Source: Acutalibacteraceae bacterium
Lineage (GTDB): Bacteria > Bacillota > Clostridia > Oscillospirales > Acutalibacteraceae
Assembly (NCBI GenBank): GCA_045605085.1
Contig: JAZUPI010000004.1
Coordinates: 44,114-108,113, forward strand
DNA: 64,000 nt
Direction of reading: 5' to 3'
Positions 17,770 to 27,111 of this stretch are shown here, one piece after another. Every line of letters begins with the position of its first letter. The stretch's first letter is position 1. Below the pieces are notes generated by a model. It saw only the letters and a program-made list of their open reading frames with translations, did no database searches and had not been told where the DNA came from. Both the position numbers and the translations under genes were made by a program.

Positions 17770-19284
17770 TTATTCGTCAACCTCTACGCCACGCTCTTTT
17801 CTGAGCTGTGCAAGCTCTGCAAACACTTTGTTTTTCTTTTCACCTGTAAGGTCGTAGAAGAACAATGGTATTGCACAAAGAAGGAGGCTGATACCTGGTA
17901 CAATTGTAACAAGGCTGAACATACCGAACTGCTTTGTTACATCAAGGTTCATAGCAATGTTTACTACGCTTTCTGCTTTGCTGTTAAGAGTAGCAACATC
18001 AAGGTCAATCAATATGTACATACCGATAATCATAACTGTTGCAAATGCATTACCAATTTTATTTACGAATGATTGACAAGCAGAACCAAGACCTGTATCT
18101 CTGAAGCCTGTTTTCCATTCCATAAAGTCAAGGCAATCACAAACCATTGCAAATGATACGTTGTTAATAACACCAAGAGGAATAGCTGAAACAAGCATAA
18201 ATGGTATGCAAAGAAGAAGGTTCTTTGTTGTCCAACCGATTACAACTGTAAGGCAAGATGCAGCAAAGCCTGCAACACAGGAAACTATCATAATATGCTT
18301 ATACTCAAATTTCTTGTAAAGCTTAGGAAGGAAAAGCATTGCACCAAACATACCAACTGCTGCACAAATCTGAATAACAAGAGCAACCGTCGAAATGTTT
18401 GACTGATATGCCTCTGCTGTTTCAGGCTTTGAACCGATATAAAGACCTGAATAACGAGCAACGTGAGGTGCAGCTGCCTGAAGCATATATCTACCGAAGG
18501 AAAGAACACCTGAAATTACAACAAGCATAAGAGGCTTACAGGTAAAAATTCTTTTAAGTGTTCCTGCTTCTCCCGGTTTCTTTTTAGTTGCATTAGGAAT
18601 CTGAACTCTTTCCTTAATCTTAACAGATTTGAATACAAACAAAAGCATACCGATAACAGCCATTGAAATAGCCATAACAGCAAATTTAAAAGGCTCGAAC
18701 TCTTTTTCTGTCATATGCTTTGAGAAAACAGAAGTATACATAAAGCCCATAATTATAGGAAGAGCGACTGTAACTGCAGAACCTATACCACCAACTGTTT
18801 TACCATAAGAAATGATATTACCACGCTCTTTAGGGTTAGGCGTCATAACGTTTGGCATACTCCAGAAAGGAACGTCACTGGCAGTATAAATCATACCCCA
18901 AAGCACATAAACAACAGTAACAAAAACATAAAGACCTATTGTTTTGTTCTGTGTATCAAATCCCGGATTTACAAACATCAATATTGTTAAAACAGCAATC
19001 GGGATTGCTGTAAAAACAGGATATGGTCTCATTCTACCCATTTTCGTTGTATGTCTGTCAACAATCATACCCATCATAGGATCATTGATAGCATCCCACA
19101 CACGAGCAAAAAGCATAAGCAAAATAACAAACATTGCATTGAGTGTAAGAACATTCATATAGTAGTCTGTTATATAGCTTGACATACAGCTATACACAAG
19201 ACCCTGACCCAAGGCTGCTATAGCATACGCCTGAGATTCCTTTTTAGGAACGTAATTTTTAAGTTCTTGTTTTATTTTTTCCAT
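17770..19284 (-). CDS. glycoside-pentoside-hexuronide (GPH):cation symporter (glucuronide-type transporter)
   Basis: 504-aa 12-TM protein with the GPH N-terminal pattern (YAIAALGQGLVY...DAINDPMMGMIVDRT). Lies directly downstream of uxaC. Confidence 0.75.
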   Translation of the reverse strand: MEKIKQELKNYVPKKESQAYAIAALGQGLVYSCMSSYITDYYMNVLTLNAMFVILLMLFARVWDAINDPMMGMIVDRHTTKMGRMRPYPVFTAIPIAVLTILMFVNPGFDTQNKTIGLYVFVTVVYVLWGMIYTASDVPFWSMPNVMTPNPKERGNIISYGKTVGGIGSAVTVALPIIMGFMYTSVFSKHMTEKEFEPFKFAVMAISMAVIGMLLFVFKSVKIKERVQIPNATKKKPGEAGTLKRIFTCKPLMLVVISGVLSFGRYMLQAAAPHVARYSGLYIGSKPETAEAYQSNISTVALVIQICAAVGMFGAMLFLPKLYKKFEYKHIMIVSCVAGFAASCLTVVIGWTTKNLLLCIPFMLVSAIPLGVINNVSFAMVCDCLDFMEWKTGFRDTGLGSACQSFVNKIGNAFATVMIIGMYILIDLDVATLNSKAESVVNIAMNLDVTKQFGMFSLVTIVPGISLLLCAIPLFFYDLTGEKKNKVFAELAQLRKERGVEVDE

Positions 19285-19301
19285 AGTACCTCACCTTATC
19301 C

Positions 19302-20699
19302 TTATACACCAAAATATTTAACGGCATTGTTGTATGAAATATCCTGTACAACCTTTGAAAGGAATTCAACGTCGTCAGGGTACTTGCCTTCTTCCACAAG
19401 GTCGCCTAAAAGCTCACAAAGAATTCTACGGAAATACTCGTGACGTGGGTAAGAAAGGAAGCTTCTTGAGTCTGTAATCATACCAACAAACTTTGAAATA
19501 ACACCTAAATTCATAAGCGTCTGCATCTGCGTACGCATTCCGTCGTAGTTGTCGTTAAACCACCAGGCAGAGCCAAACTGAATTTTAGATTCTGCTTCGT
19601 CGGACTGGAAGTTACCAAGCATTGTGCCAAGCACGTAGTTGTCTTTCGGATTAAGTGTGAAAAGAACGGTTTTGGGAAGACCTGCGCCACAAAGCATTGC
19701 ATCTAAAAGTCTTGAAAGACTTACTGCAATTTCATAGTCTGCAACAGAGTCGTAGCCTGTATCAGGACCGAGCTTTTTAAACATAATGCCGTTATTGTTT
19801 CGCATTGCGCCAATGTGAATTTCCATACCCCAGCCAAGACGGTTATACTCACCTGCAAGGAAAAGCATAAGCTCTGTTTTATATTTATCTACATCTTCTT
19901 TTGAAAGAACTTCACCATTGAGCTGACGGCTGAAGATTACGTTAAGCTCATCCTCGGTCGCTCTGTTGTAAGGCACGTAGGTAAATGCGTGGTCGGAAGC
20001 ACGGCAACCCATTTCTGCAAAGAACTCTATTCTTTCAAGAAGACCTTTTTTAAGCTCTGTAAATGATGTAACCTTTCTGCCTAAAACGTTTTCCAGGGCA
20101 ACTACCCACTCGTTATAGCCGGGAAGCTCAATGCCAAGAGCCTTGTCAGGACGAAAAGCAGGAAGCACCTTGCACTTGAAAGTTTTATCTTCTGCTAAAA
20201 GCTTGTGATATTCAAGTGTATCTGCAGCATCATCTGTTGTGCAAACAAAATTAACGTTACTTTTTTCAATAAGCTCTCTTGGTGTAAAGCCACCTGCTTT
20301 AATTTTAGCGTTTGCTTTTTCCCATATATCGTCACAGGTTTCAGGTGAAAGAGGCTCGTAAATGTCAAAATATCTCTGCAACTCAAGGTGTGTCCAATGG
20401 TAAAGTGGATTGCCGATTAAATTAGGCATTGCACTTGCCCACGCCTTGAATTTTTCGTATGGTGATTTGTCACCTGTAATGTACTCTTCACTTATACCAC
20501 AGGAGCGCATACCTCTCCATTTATAGTGGTCGCCACCCAGCCACAATGCAGCAATATCGGAAGGCTGTTTGTTTTCGTAAATCTCTTTTGGTTGAAGGTG
20601 ACAATGCCAGTCAAAAATTGGTGTATCTTCGCACGCGGCATACAATTTTTTTGCTGTTTCTGTTTTAAGCAAAAAATCTTTATCCATAAATTTTTTCAT
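19302..20699 (-). CDS. uxaC: glucuronate isomerase
   Basis: MKKFMDKDFLL...PIFDWHCHL, and a length of 465 aa, are characteristic of UxaC. Confidence 0.9.
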   Translation of the reverse strand: MKKFMDKDFLLKTETAKKLYAACEDTPIFDWHCHLQPKEIYENKQPSDIAALWLGGDHYKWRGMRSCGISEEYITGDKSPYEKFKAWASAMPNLIGNPLYHWTHLELQRYFDIYEPLSPETCDDIWEKANAKIKAGGFTPRELIEKSNVNFVCTTDDAADTLEYHKLLAEDKTFKCKVLPAFRPDKALGIELPGYNEWVVALENVLGRKVTSFTELKKGLLERIEFFAEMGCRASDHAFTYVPYNRATEDELNVIFSRQLNGEVLSKEDVDKYKTELMLFLAGEYNRLGWGMEIHIGAMRNNNGIMFKKLGPDTGYDSVADYEIAVSLSRLLDAMLCGAGLPKTVLFTLNPKDNYVLGTMLGNFQSDEAESKIQFGSAWWFNDNYDGMRTQMQTLMNLGVISKFVGMITDSRSFLSYPRHEYFRRILCELLGDLVEEGKYPDDVEFLSKVVQDISYNNAVKYFGV

Positions 20700-20800
20700 T
20701 ACAAATCCTCCGAAAGATTTTTAATAAATACTGTAAATATATTATCACACACAAAAACACATTTCAACTATCATAATGTAATAACATTTTCTGCACTTAC

Positions 20801-20836
20801 TGCACAAAAATTACAAATTCAGGTGCAAAAATTACA
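20801..20836 (+). promoter_or_regulatory. direct repeats, candidate LytTR response-regulator binding site
   Basis: TGCACAAAAATTACA (20801-20815) and GTGCAAAAATTACA (20823-20836). The AAAAATTACA cores are 21 bp apart. The site is about 30 bp upstream of a TATTAT -10-like hexamer (20865-20870) and 60 bp upstream of the first gene of the LytTR module. Confidence 0.4.
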
Positions 20837-20894
20837 TTTTCATCATCTTTTCGGTACTGTTTGCTATTATGAATACAGAAAAGGAGATGGTTTT

Positions 20895-21233
20895 ATGAAA
20901 ACTAAATCTGAAAATTTTGATGATTTAAAATTTTTTTGTATAGCAACATTATCTATTTATTGTTTAGTCTTTGCTCTTTTTGCACTCGGCGCTATTACGC
21001 AATGCTTTGGTGATGGTCTTTTAATGCAGCTTTCGGGAATTTTGGAAGGTATTGCAGTACCGTTGTTAATTTTTAGTGGCACACTTTCTCCCATATGGCT
21101 TTTAATTACAGTAATATGGTGTGCAGTCGTTTGCAAACAAGACCACACAATCAAGTATTTTTTCAAACCTATAATTATCATAAACATATTGCTTTCACTC
21201 ATTTTTCCGCAAATTATGATGTCAGGCTTTTAA
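20895..21233 (+). CDS. small polytopic membrane protein, unknown function
   Basis: Start moved to ATG 20895 after AAGGAG, because the track's extension overlaps uxaC. 112 aa, about 4 TM helices. Confidence 0.55.
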   Translation: MKTKSENFDDLKFFCIATLSIYCLVFALFALGAITQCFGDGLLMQLSGILEGIAVPLLIFSGTLSPIWLLITVIWCAVVCKQDHTIKYFFKPIIIINILLSLIFPQIMMSGF

Positions 21234-21254
21234 TCAGTTCAAGGAGATGGTTTT

Positions 21255-22136
21255 ATGACAACACTCAAAAACAGCAAATTACTACAAATAATCATTGGCG
21301 TGTTATCTGCAGGTATTCTTCTTTTTGCAGGATATGCATTAGGTGAAATGGTTACATTCCCTGAAACTGATTTTTGGAATAAAGCAGAACCCATTATATT
21401 CGTGGGATATATGCTGATATATATGGCATCCTTATCAGTTCTTGCAATCATTTCAAAATCTCACAATTTGAAATATATGTATTACCCTGCCTTTGCAATT
21501 TGTCTTACAAGTGTGGTATCTGCGCTTGTTCAATGGCGCATTGAAGACTCACTATGGCTTATAGCTATGCCTCTTGCAGAATATTTTGGTTTGCCCGTCC
21601 GCACCTTTACAAAGGCTATGGAAAAATTGACTACTTACACCGTCTACGTTGACGATGGTGAGTATTCATATGATTATGAAGAAACACTTCTCCGGGAGTG
21701 TGATGCATTGTTAATTTTCATTGTAATTACACTTATTTCTGTAATTGCATACCAGCTTTACACCGAAACAGCAGAGCAAGATATAATAAAAAGACGTTGG
21801 CGCATAGAAGGTCCTGCACGCACAGCTTCTATAGCAACAATTGCTTCATATGGTACGTTTATTTTCCTGGTTTTCTTGTGTTATCTTTTACCCCATAGTT
21901 TATTTACTGATATATTAGGTGTCTTGCTTGCACCTCTGTGTATAATTGCTACCTTCCTTACCGTACCTGTTACGCTTCCTGTCATACTCATCAGCTATGT
22001 GCTTATGGAGGCTATTTCCGAAGGGCGTGAACGCTCAAACCCACGATTATACTTTAATCCACTGGTCATTTCTGCAATAACCATCTGTATTCTCGGTTCG
22101 GTTATAATGGTAAAAACTATGTTGTCTTGCTTTTAA
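21255..22136 (+). CDS. polytopic membrane protein, unknown function
   Basis: 293 aa, about 8 TM helices, with an acidic loop VYVDDGEYSYDYEE. Shares an 18-nt identical RBS and start context with the preceding gene. Confidence 0.55.
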   Translation: MTTLKNSKLLQIIIGVLSAGILLFAGYALGEMVTFPETDFWNKAEPIIFVGYMLIYMASLSVLAIISKSHNLKYMYYPAFAICLTSVVSALVQWRIEDSLWLIAMPLAEYFGLPVRTFTKAMEKLTTYTVYVDDGEYSYDYEETLLRECDALLIFIVITLISVIAYQLYTETAEQDIIKRRWRIEGPARTASIATIASYGTFIFLVFLCYLLPHSLFTDILGVLLAPLCIIATFLTVPVTLPVILISYVLMEAISEGRERSNPRLYFNPLVISAITICILGSVIMVKTMLSCF

Positions 22137-22184
22137 CAGAACTTTGTAGTAATATAAAATAAAATCAGGCAAGGAGGAACGAAA

Positions 22185-22895
22185 ATGCTCAGTATTGCAA
22201 TCTGCGACGACGAAAAGCATATATGCGATTATATTGAAAATCGAACACGTAAGCACCTTGCCGTTAACGATATTAATGCAACCGTTTCAACCTTTTATGA
22301 CGGCACGGATTTACTTTCTGTTTGCAAAGAAAATCCTGCAGAATTTGATATTATCTTTCTCGATATAAAAATGAAAAACACCAATGGCGTTGAGTGTGCA
22401 AAAGCTCTTCGTAATGAAGGCGTAAACTCATTAATAGTTTTTGTTACGTCATCTGCCGAGTACGTTTTTTCAGGCTATGAGGCAAAAGCATTCAGATATA
22501 TTCTTAAAACCGACCTTGAAAACGCCTTTGACCGTGTGCTTTCCGAATGCTTTGCAGAGCTGAAAAAACAGGCAACAGATTTTTACACACTCAAAACCTC
22601 ATCAGTTGTAAAAAACATTCCTCTTGATGAAATTTACTATTTCGAAAGTAAATTGCGCGTAATAATTGTTCACACAAAAAACGAAGAATTTTCATTTTAC
22701 GGAAAGCTTGACAACATTGAAAAGGAGCTTGTGGAAAAAGATTTCATCCGTATCCACCAGAGCTTTCTCGTTAATGCAATAAAAATTAAGTCCCTTAACA
22801 AAGAGGTTGCGGAGCTCAGCTGCAATGTAAGTCTTCCCATAAGCAAAAGTAAATCTTCTGCAGTAAAGCAGGCGTACCTGTGGTCTAAAAGGTGA
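22185..22895 (+). CDS. LytR/AlgR (LytTR)-family response regulator
   Basis: Receiver domain (ICDDE...FLDIKM) plus a C-terminal LytTR DNA-binding domain (IYYFES...RIHQSFLVN). Confidence 0.85.
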   Translation: MLSIAICDDEKHICDYIENRTRKHLAVNDINATVSTFYDGTDLLSVCKENPAEFDIIFLDIKMKNTNGVECAKALRNEGVNSLIVFVTSSAEYVFSGYEAKAFRYILKTDLENAFDRVLSECFAELKKQATDFYTLKTSSVVKNIPLDEIYYFESKLRVIIVHTKNEEFSFYGKLDNIEKELVEKDFIRIHQSFLVNAIKIKSLNKEVAELSCNVSLPISKSKSSAVKQAYLWSKR

Positions 22896-24232
22896 TTAGT
22901 ATGATAGATTTTATTGAAACTACACTCTTCTATCTCATAAGATTCTTTTCATCAACTATTGAAATGCTTTTTGCATTTCTTATGATGAATGTATTCTTTG
23001 AGAAAAAGTACACTTCCAAGTTACCAATTAAAATTGCTTTTATTTTAAGCTCAGGCATACTACTTGCTTTACAGGAAACAGGTCAAAGTGGTACACTTAA
23101 AGCCTTTGTTCAGATGTTGCTGATTTTGTGTGTAGTTTTTGCATTGTATGACGGTCAGAAGCGTTTAAAGCTTTTCTTTTTTGTTGCCTATTCTTTGATT
23201 GTCGCACTTTCAAAGCTACTTTCCTACTTTGCCTTTTCTTTTGTAATAGATAAAGCAATCGGCACTATCCCCTACCTTACGCAGGAAAGCTTTTTCTACA
23301 GAATTTTGTCCATTGAGCTTCCCAATATTTTTATGCTTGTCATAATTGTTCTTATGGGAATTTTTACAAAATCAAAAAACAAAAGCGTACCACTCAGGTA
23401 TTGGCTTCTTTTGTTTATAGTGCCTCTTACCACCTTAGGTACACTTACGGTTTACCAGTATTATATTGACCGTCTTGCCCCGGGTGAAGAAATAAATGCC
23501 TACATAATCATTTCAACTCTGGGTCTTGTATTTATAAATATTCTCATATTCTTTCTTTTTTCAAGGCTTCAGGATCAATTGGAGCTGCAAAGAAACCAAA
23601 TTCTTATCAGCACACAAATGCGACTTGAAAAACAATCCTTTGAAAAAATGGAGGAAAGCTACAATAGAACAAGAGAAATTCGTCACGATATGAAAAATCA
23701 TATATTATCCCTTAAAGGCATTGCAGAAAATGGTAACAAGGACCAGCTTCTGGATTACCTGGAAAGAATGACGGACGCTCTTGAGGAAGCAACTTATATA
23801 TCTGTAAGCAAGAATTCTGCTGTAGATGCTATAATAAATGAAAAAATCCTTTTGGCACAAAGAAACAACATAGCGACTCATTTTGACGTTGTACCTTTAA
23901 ATGACAAAAACGTACCCAGCATGGATATATGCACAATTCTCAGCAATGCTCTCGATAACGCTGTTGAAGCCTGTGTAAAAATTGAAAAGCCTGCCGACAG
24001 ATACATTAATGTAAAAATAACTACAGATAACGGGTTATTTATTTCTGTTGTAAACCCATCAAATGAAGAGCCTAAAAAACGTTCAGGTATTATTGTAAGC
24101 AGTAAAAAAGACAAGGAAAACCATGGTTTAGGTCTTAAAAGCATTAAGCGTACCGTTGACAAGCATAATGGCGATATGCTTGTCAAATACGAAAATGGTG
24201 TATTTACACTTGTTGCAGAGCTACCTATATAA
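22892..24232 (+). CDS. AgrC/ComD-like (HPK10) membrane sensor histidine kinase, GHKL ATPase
   Basis: About 6 N-terminal TM helices, H-box IRHDMKNHILSL, N-box LSNALDNAVEA and G-box HGLGLKSIKRTV. Overlaps the regulator gene by 4 nt. Confidence 0.8.
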   Translation: MISMIDFIETTLFYLIRFFSSTIEMLFAFLMMNVFFEKKYTSKLPIKIAFILSSGILLALQETGQSGTLKAFVQMLLILCVVFALYDGQKRLKLFFFVAYSLIVALSKLLSYFAFSFVIDKAIGTIPYLTQESFFYRILSIELPNIFMLVIIVLMGIFTKSKNKSVPLRYWLLLFIVPLTTLGTLTVYQYYIDRLAPGEEINAYIIISTLGLVFINILIFFLFSRLQDQLELQRNQILISTQMRLEKQSFEKMEESYNRTREIRHDMKNHILSLKGIAENGNKDQLLDYLERMTDALEEATYISVSKNSAVDAIINEKILLAQRNNIATHFDVVPLNDKNVPSMDICTILSNALDNAVEACVKIEKPADRYINVKITTDNGLFISVVNPSNEEPKKRSGIIVSSKKDKENHGLGLKSIKRTVDKHNGDMLVKYENGVFTLVAELPI

Positions 24233-24236
24233 AAAT

Positions 24237-24272
24237 AAACATCAAGGCGGTTTGCCTTGATGTTTATTTTTT
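24237..24272. terminator. bidirectional rho-independent terminator
   Basis: Stem AAACATCAAGGC / GCCTTGATGTTT, followed by ATTTTTT. Confidence 0.8.
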
Positions 24273-24723
24273 ATAGTTTAACTTTAAAAACCAATTTATG
24301 TGCAAAATCTGCATTTTCACTTTTTCTGCATGGTGCATGGGCATCATCAGGGAAGAACACCATAAAGTAGCCTTTTCTTAACGCAAGCATCTGGCCGTTT
24401 GGCGCATTCATAAAAGCAATGTCGCAGCCTTCCTTAAAATCCTCTGTAATTGTGCAATCACTGAAGGTTGCCCAACCAACGTTTTCCTCGCCATCAACCA
24501 TAATCTGTACGTCGGCATATTCCTTGTGTGACTCATACTTTATAGGTGAATTATCTTCAACGTTGTACTTTGCTACGTTACACCACATATTGTCGCCGTC
24601 GATTTCAATTTTGCCACTGTCAAATGGTGCTTTTAAGAAATCCTTAAGCACAGGCTCAACCTTTGCAAATTTTGAGTTTTCATCAAAATAAAGACTTAAA
24701 TTTTCAATCTTATCGTAAATCAT
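24271..24723 (-). CDS. YhcH/YjgK/YiaL (DUF386) family protein
   Basis: 150-aa cupin-like protein with the pattern MIYDKIENL...HKEYADVQIMVDGEE...FFPDDAHAP, typical of this family. Confidence 0.7.
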   Translation of the reverse strand: MIYDKIENLSLYFDENSKFAKVEPVLKDFLKAPFDSGKIEIDGDNMWCNVAKYNVEDNSPIKYESHKEYADVQIMVDGEENVGWATFSDCTITEDFKEGCDIAFMNAPNGQMLALRKGYFMVFFPDDAHAPCRKSENADFAHKLVFKVKL

Positions 24724-25412
24724 TCTGCTTCACCAATCATTTCTAATCTTTTTTTCTTTTCATCTGCAGGAAGTGTGTAGTTATAAAGCACTGTCCACAA
24801 AATGATTGCTGCAAAAATAATCGGTACTGCCCAGAAGGTTGAAGAAAATTCCATTGTATCGATATCACCAATTAATGAAATCCAAGAGCTTCCTGCAATA
24901 GACGCAAGCGTAATATCGTGGCTTATGAATGGTGCTGCAATTGCTTCAAAGCTTTCTGTTACCATAAGAGAAAGCCCCACACCTACAACAGACGCACCTA
25001 TTACCTTACGGTTGTCTTTTGCAGAAAAAGCAAGCACTGCAACAACAATTGCACAAATTACAACAAGTAAAAGTGCTATTGCAAACACAATTGCAGGTGC
25101 AATTAACGGTTCAAGCTTTTCTAACGCATTTTTATCTTTTTCGGCCGAAAGTGCTCTTGCAAGCTCGGCTGTTGCAGATGCGTCGTCGCCGAAAACATCT
25201 GCTATAGACAGGTCTATTTTAATTCGCTGAGGAAGCTTTCCATCCTCACCTACAAGACCTTCTGCATAATCGTTACCCATTGCCTGACCGAAGTAAACAA
25301 GCACCTGTGTTGCCAAAGAGTCAATACCAATATGAACAAGTGGAACGAAAACAATTATTGCTATAGTGATAATTGCAAGCGCTGCTGCAACAATCTTATA
25401 GGTTAATTTCAT
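24720..25412 (-). CDS. membrane protein, unknown function
   Basis: Start moved to ATG 25412 (MKLTYKIVAAALAI...), downstream of the glnS stop. The longer track ORF overlaps glnS. Confidence 0.5.
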   Translation of the reverse strand: MKLTYKIVAAALAIITIAIIVFVPLVHIGIDSLATQVLVYFGQAMGNDYAEGLVGEDGKLPQRIKIDLSIADVFGDDASATAELARALSAEKDKNALEKLEPLIAPAIVFAIALLLVVICAIVVAVLAFSAKDNRKVIGASVVGVGLSLMVTESFEAIAAPFISHDITLASIAGSSWISLIGDIDTMEFSSTFWAVPIIFAAIILWTVLYNYTLPADEKKKRLEMIGEAE

Positions 25413-25443
25413 TGTAAACATCCTTTCGAAGTTTTTTACGTGA

Positions 25444-27099
25444 TTATTTCCAGGAAGAGTTAAGCTGTACTGTTCTGTTGAAAACAGGAGCTTCAGGTGT
25501 TGAATCCTTATCAACACAGAAGTAGCCGTTTCTCATAAACTGGAATGAGTCCAAAGGCTTTGCATCGCTAAGACCTTCTTCAATAAGGCAATCCTTAACA
25601 ACTACAAGTGATTCAGGATTAATTGCGTTAACGAACTCATCGTCAGGAACGCCTGCAGGATCTTCAACATTAAAGAGTCTGTCGTAAAGACGAACCTCTG
25701 CCTTAAATGCCTTAGGACCTGCCCAGTGAATTGTACCCTTAACCTTTCTGCCATCAGGAGCGTTACCCCCCTTTGTTTCAGGGTCGTAGGTACAGTGAAG
25801 AACTGTTACGTTTCCGTCTTCGTCTGTTTCGTAAGAGTTACAGGTAATGAAGTATGCACCCTTAAGACGCACCTCGTTACCAGGGAAAAGACGGAAATAC
25901 TTTTTAACAGGCTCTGCCATAAAGTCGTTTCTTTCAACGTAAATTTCTCTGCCAAAGGTTACTGTCTTTGTACCTAATTCAGGTCTTTCCGGATGAACCT
26001 CAACTGTAATTTCCTCTGTCTGTCCTTCAGGATAGTTGTCAATAACAACCTTTATTGGATCAAGTACAGCCATTGCTCTTGGAGCCTCTGCGTTAAGCTC
26101 ATCTCTTACGCAAGCCTCTAAAAGACCGTAGTCAACAACACTGTATGCCTTTGAGACGCCAACCTTTTCAATGAAGTTTCTTATGGCCTTTGCAGGGTAG
26201 CCACGACGTCTCATACCACAAATTGTTGCCATACGAGGATCATCCCAGCCTGAAACGAGGTTGTCTGTAACAAGACGGATATTTCTTCTTTTTGAGGTTA
26301 TGCAGTAGTTAAGGTTAAGACGAGCAAACTCAATCTGTCTTGGTGGCTCTTCAAAACCAATCTGCTCAATAAACCAGTTATAAAGTGGTCTGTGGTTTTC
26401 GAACTCAAGAGAGCAAAGTGAGTAGGTTACGCCCTCTCGTGCGTCTGAAAGTGGGTGAGCAAAGTCGTATATTGGATATACGCACCATTTGTCACCTGTC
26501 TGGTGGTGGTCAACGTGCATAATTCTGTAAATCGCAGGATCTCTCATATTCATATTTGGAGATGCCATATCAATTTTTGCACGAAGCACCTTTGAACCGT
26601 CAGGGAATTCACCGTCGGTCATTCTCTTGAAAAGGTCAAGGTTCTCCTCAACGCTTCTATCACGGTAAGGGCTGTTTTTACCTGGTTCTGTAAGTGTACC
26701 TCTGTACTCACGCATCTGCTCTGCAGTAAGGTCGTCGACGTATGCCTTACCGTCTTTAATAAGCTTTATTGCACACTCGTAAAGGAAATCGAAGTAGCTT
26801 GATGCGTAAAGGCACTTTTCCCACTTAAAGCCAAGCCACTCAATGTCTTCCTTAATAGACTCAACGTACTCGATATCTTCCTTTGCAGGGTTTGTATCGT
26901 CAAGACGAAGGTTACAAACACCACCGTATTTCATAGCAGTTGTAAAGTCGATGCAAATAGCCTTTGCGTGACCAATGTGAAGGTAGCCGTTTGGCTCAGG
27001 TGGGAAACGAGTCTGCACTTTTGTGTTGACACCTTCTCTTAAATCCTCGTCAATAATATCGTGGATAAAATTGCCGGCAGTTTCAAAAATTTCTTCCAT
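25444..27099 (-). CDS. glnS: glutamine--tRNA ligase
   Basis: Class I HIGH ([13 protein letters not shown]) and VTSKRR-type KMSKS regions. 551 aa with the typical GlnRS C-terminal anticodon-binding beta-barrels. Confidence 0.9.
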   Translation of the reverse strand: MEEIFETAGNFIHDIIDEDLREGVNTKVQTRFPPEPNGYLHIGHAKAICIDFTTAMKYGGVCNLRLDDTNPAKEDIEYVESIKEDIEWLGFKWEKCLYASSYFDFLYECAIKLIKDGKAYVDDLTAEQMREYRGTLTEPGKNSPYRDRSVEENLDLFKRMTDGEFPDGSKVLRAKIDMASPNMNMRDPAIYRIMHVDHHQTGDKWCVYPIYDFAHPLSDAREGVTYSLCSLEFENHRPLYNWFIEQIGFEEPPRQIEFARLNLNYCITSKRRNIRLVTDNLVSGWDDPRMATICGMRRRGYPAKAIRNFIEKVGVSKAYSVVDYGLLEACVRDELNAEAPRAMAVLDPIKVVIDNYPEGQTEEITVEVHPERPELGTKTVTFGREIYVERNDFMAEPVKKYFRLFPGNEVRLKGAYFITCNSYETDEDGNVTVLHCTYDPETKGGNAPDGRKVKGTIHWAGPKAFKAEVRLYDRLFNVEDPAGVPDDEFVNAINPESLVVVKDCLIEEGLSDAKPLDSFQFMRNGYFCVDKDSTPEAPVFNRTVQLNSSWK

Positions 27100-27111
27100 A
27101 ATGTATTCTCC

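Noticed and set aside
20526-20894. N-terminal 123 aa of the 235-aa track ORF
   Set aside because: It overlaps the 5' end of uxaC on the opposite strand and crosses the promoter region. The real gene starts at ATG 20895 behind AAGGAG.
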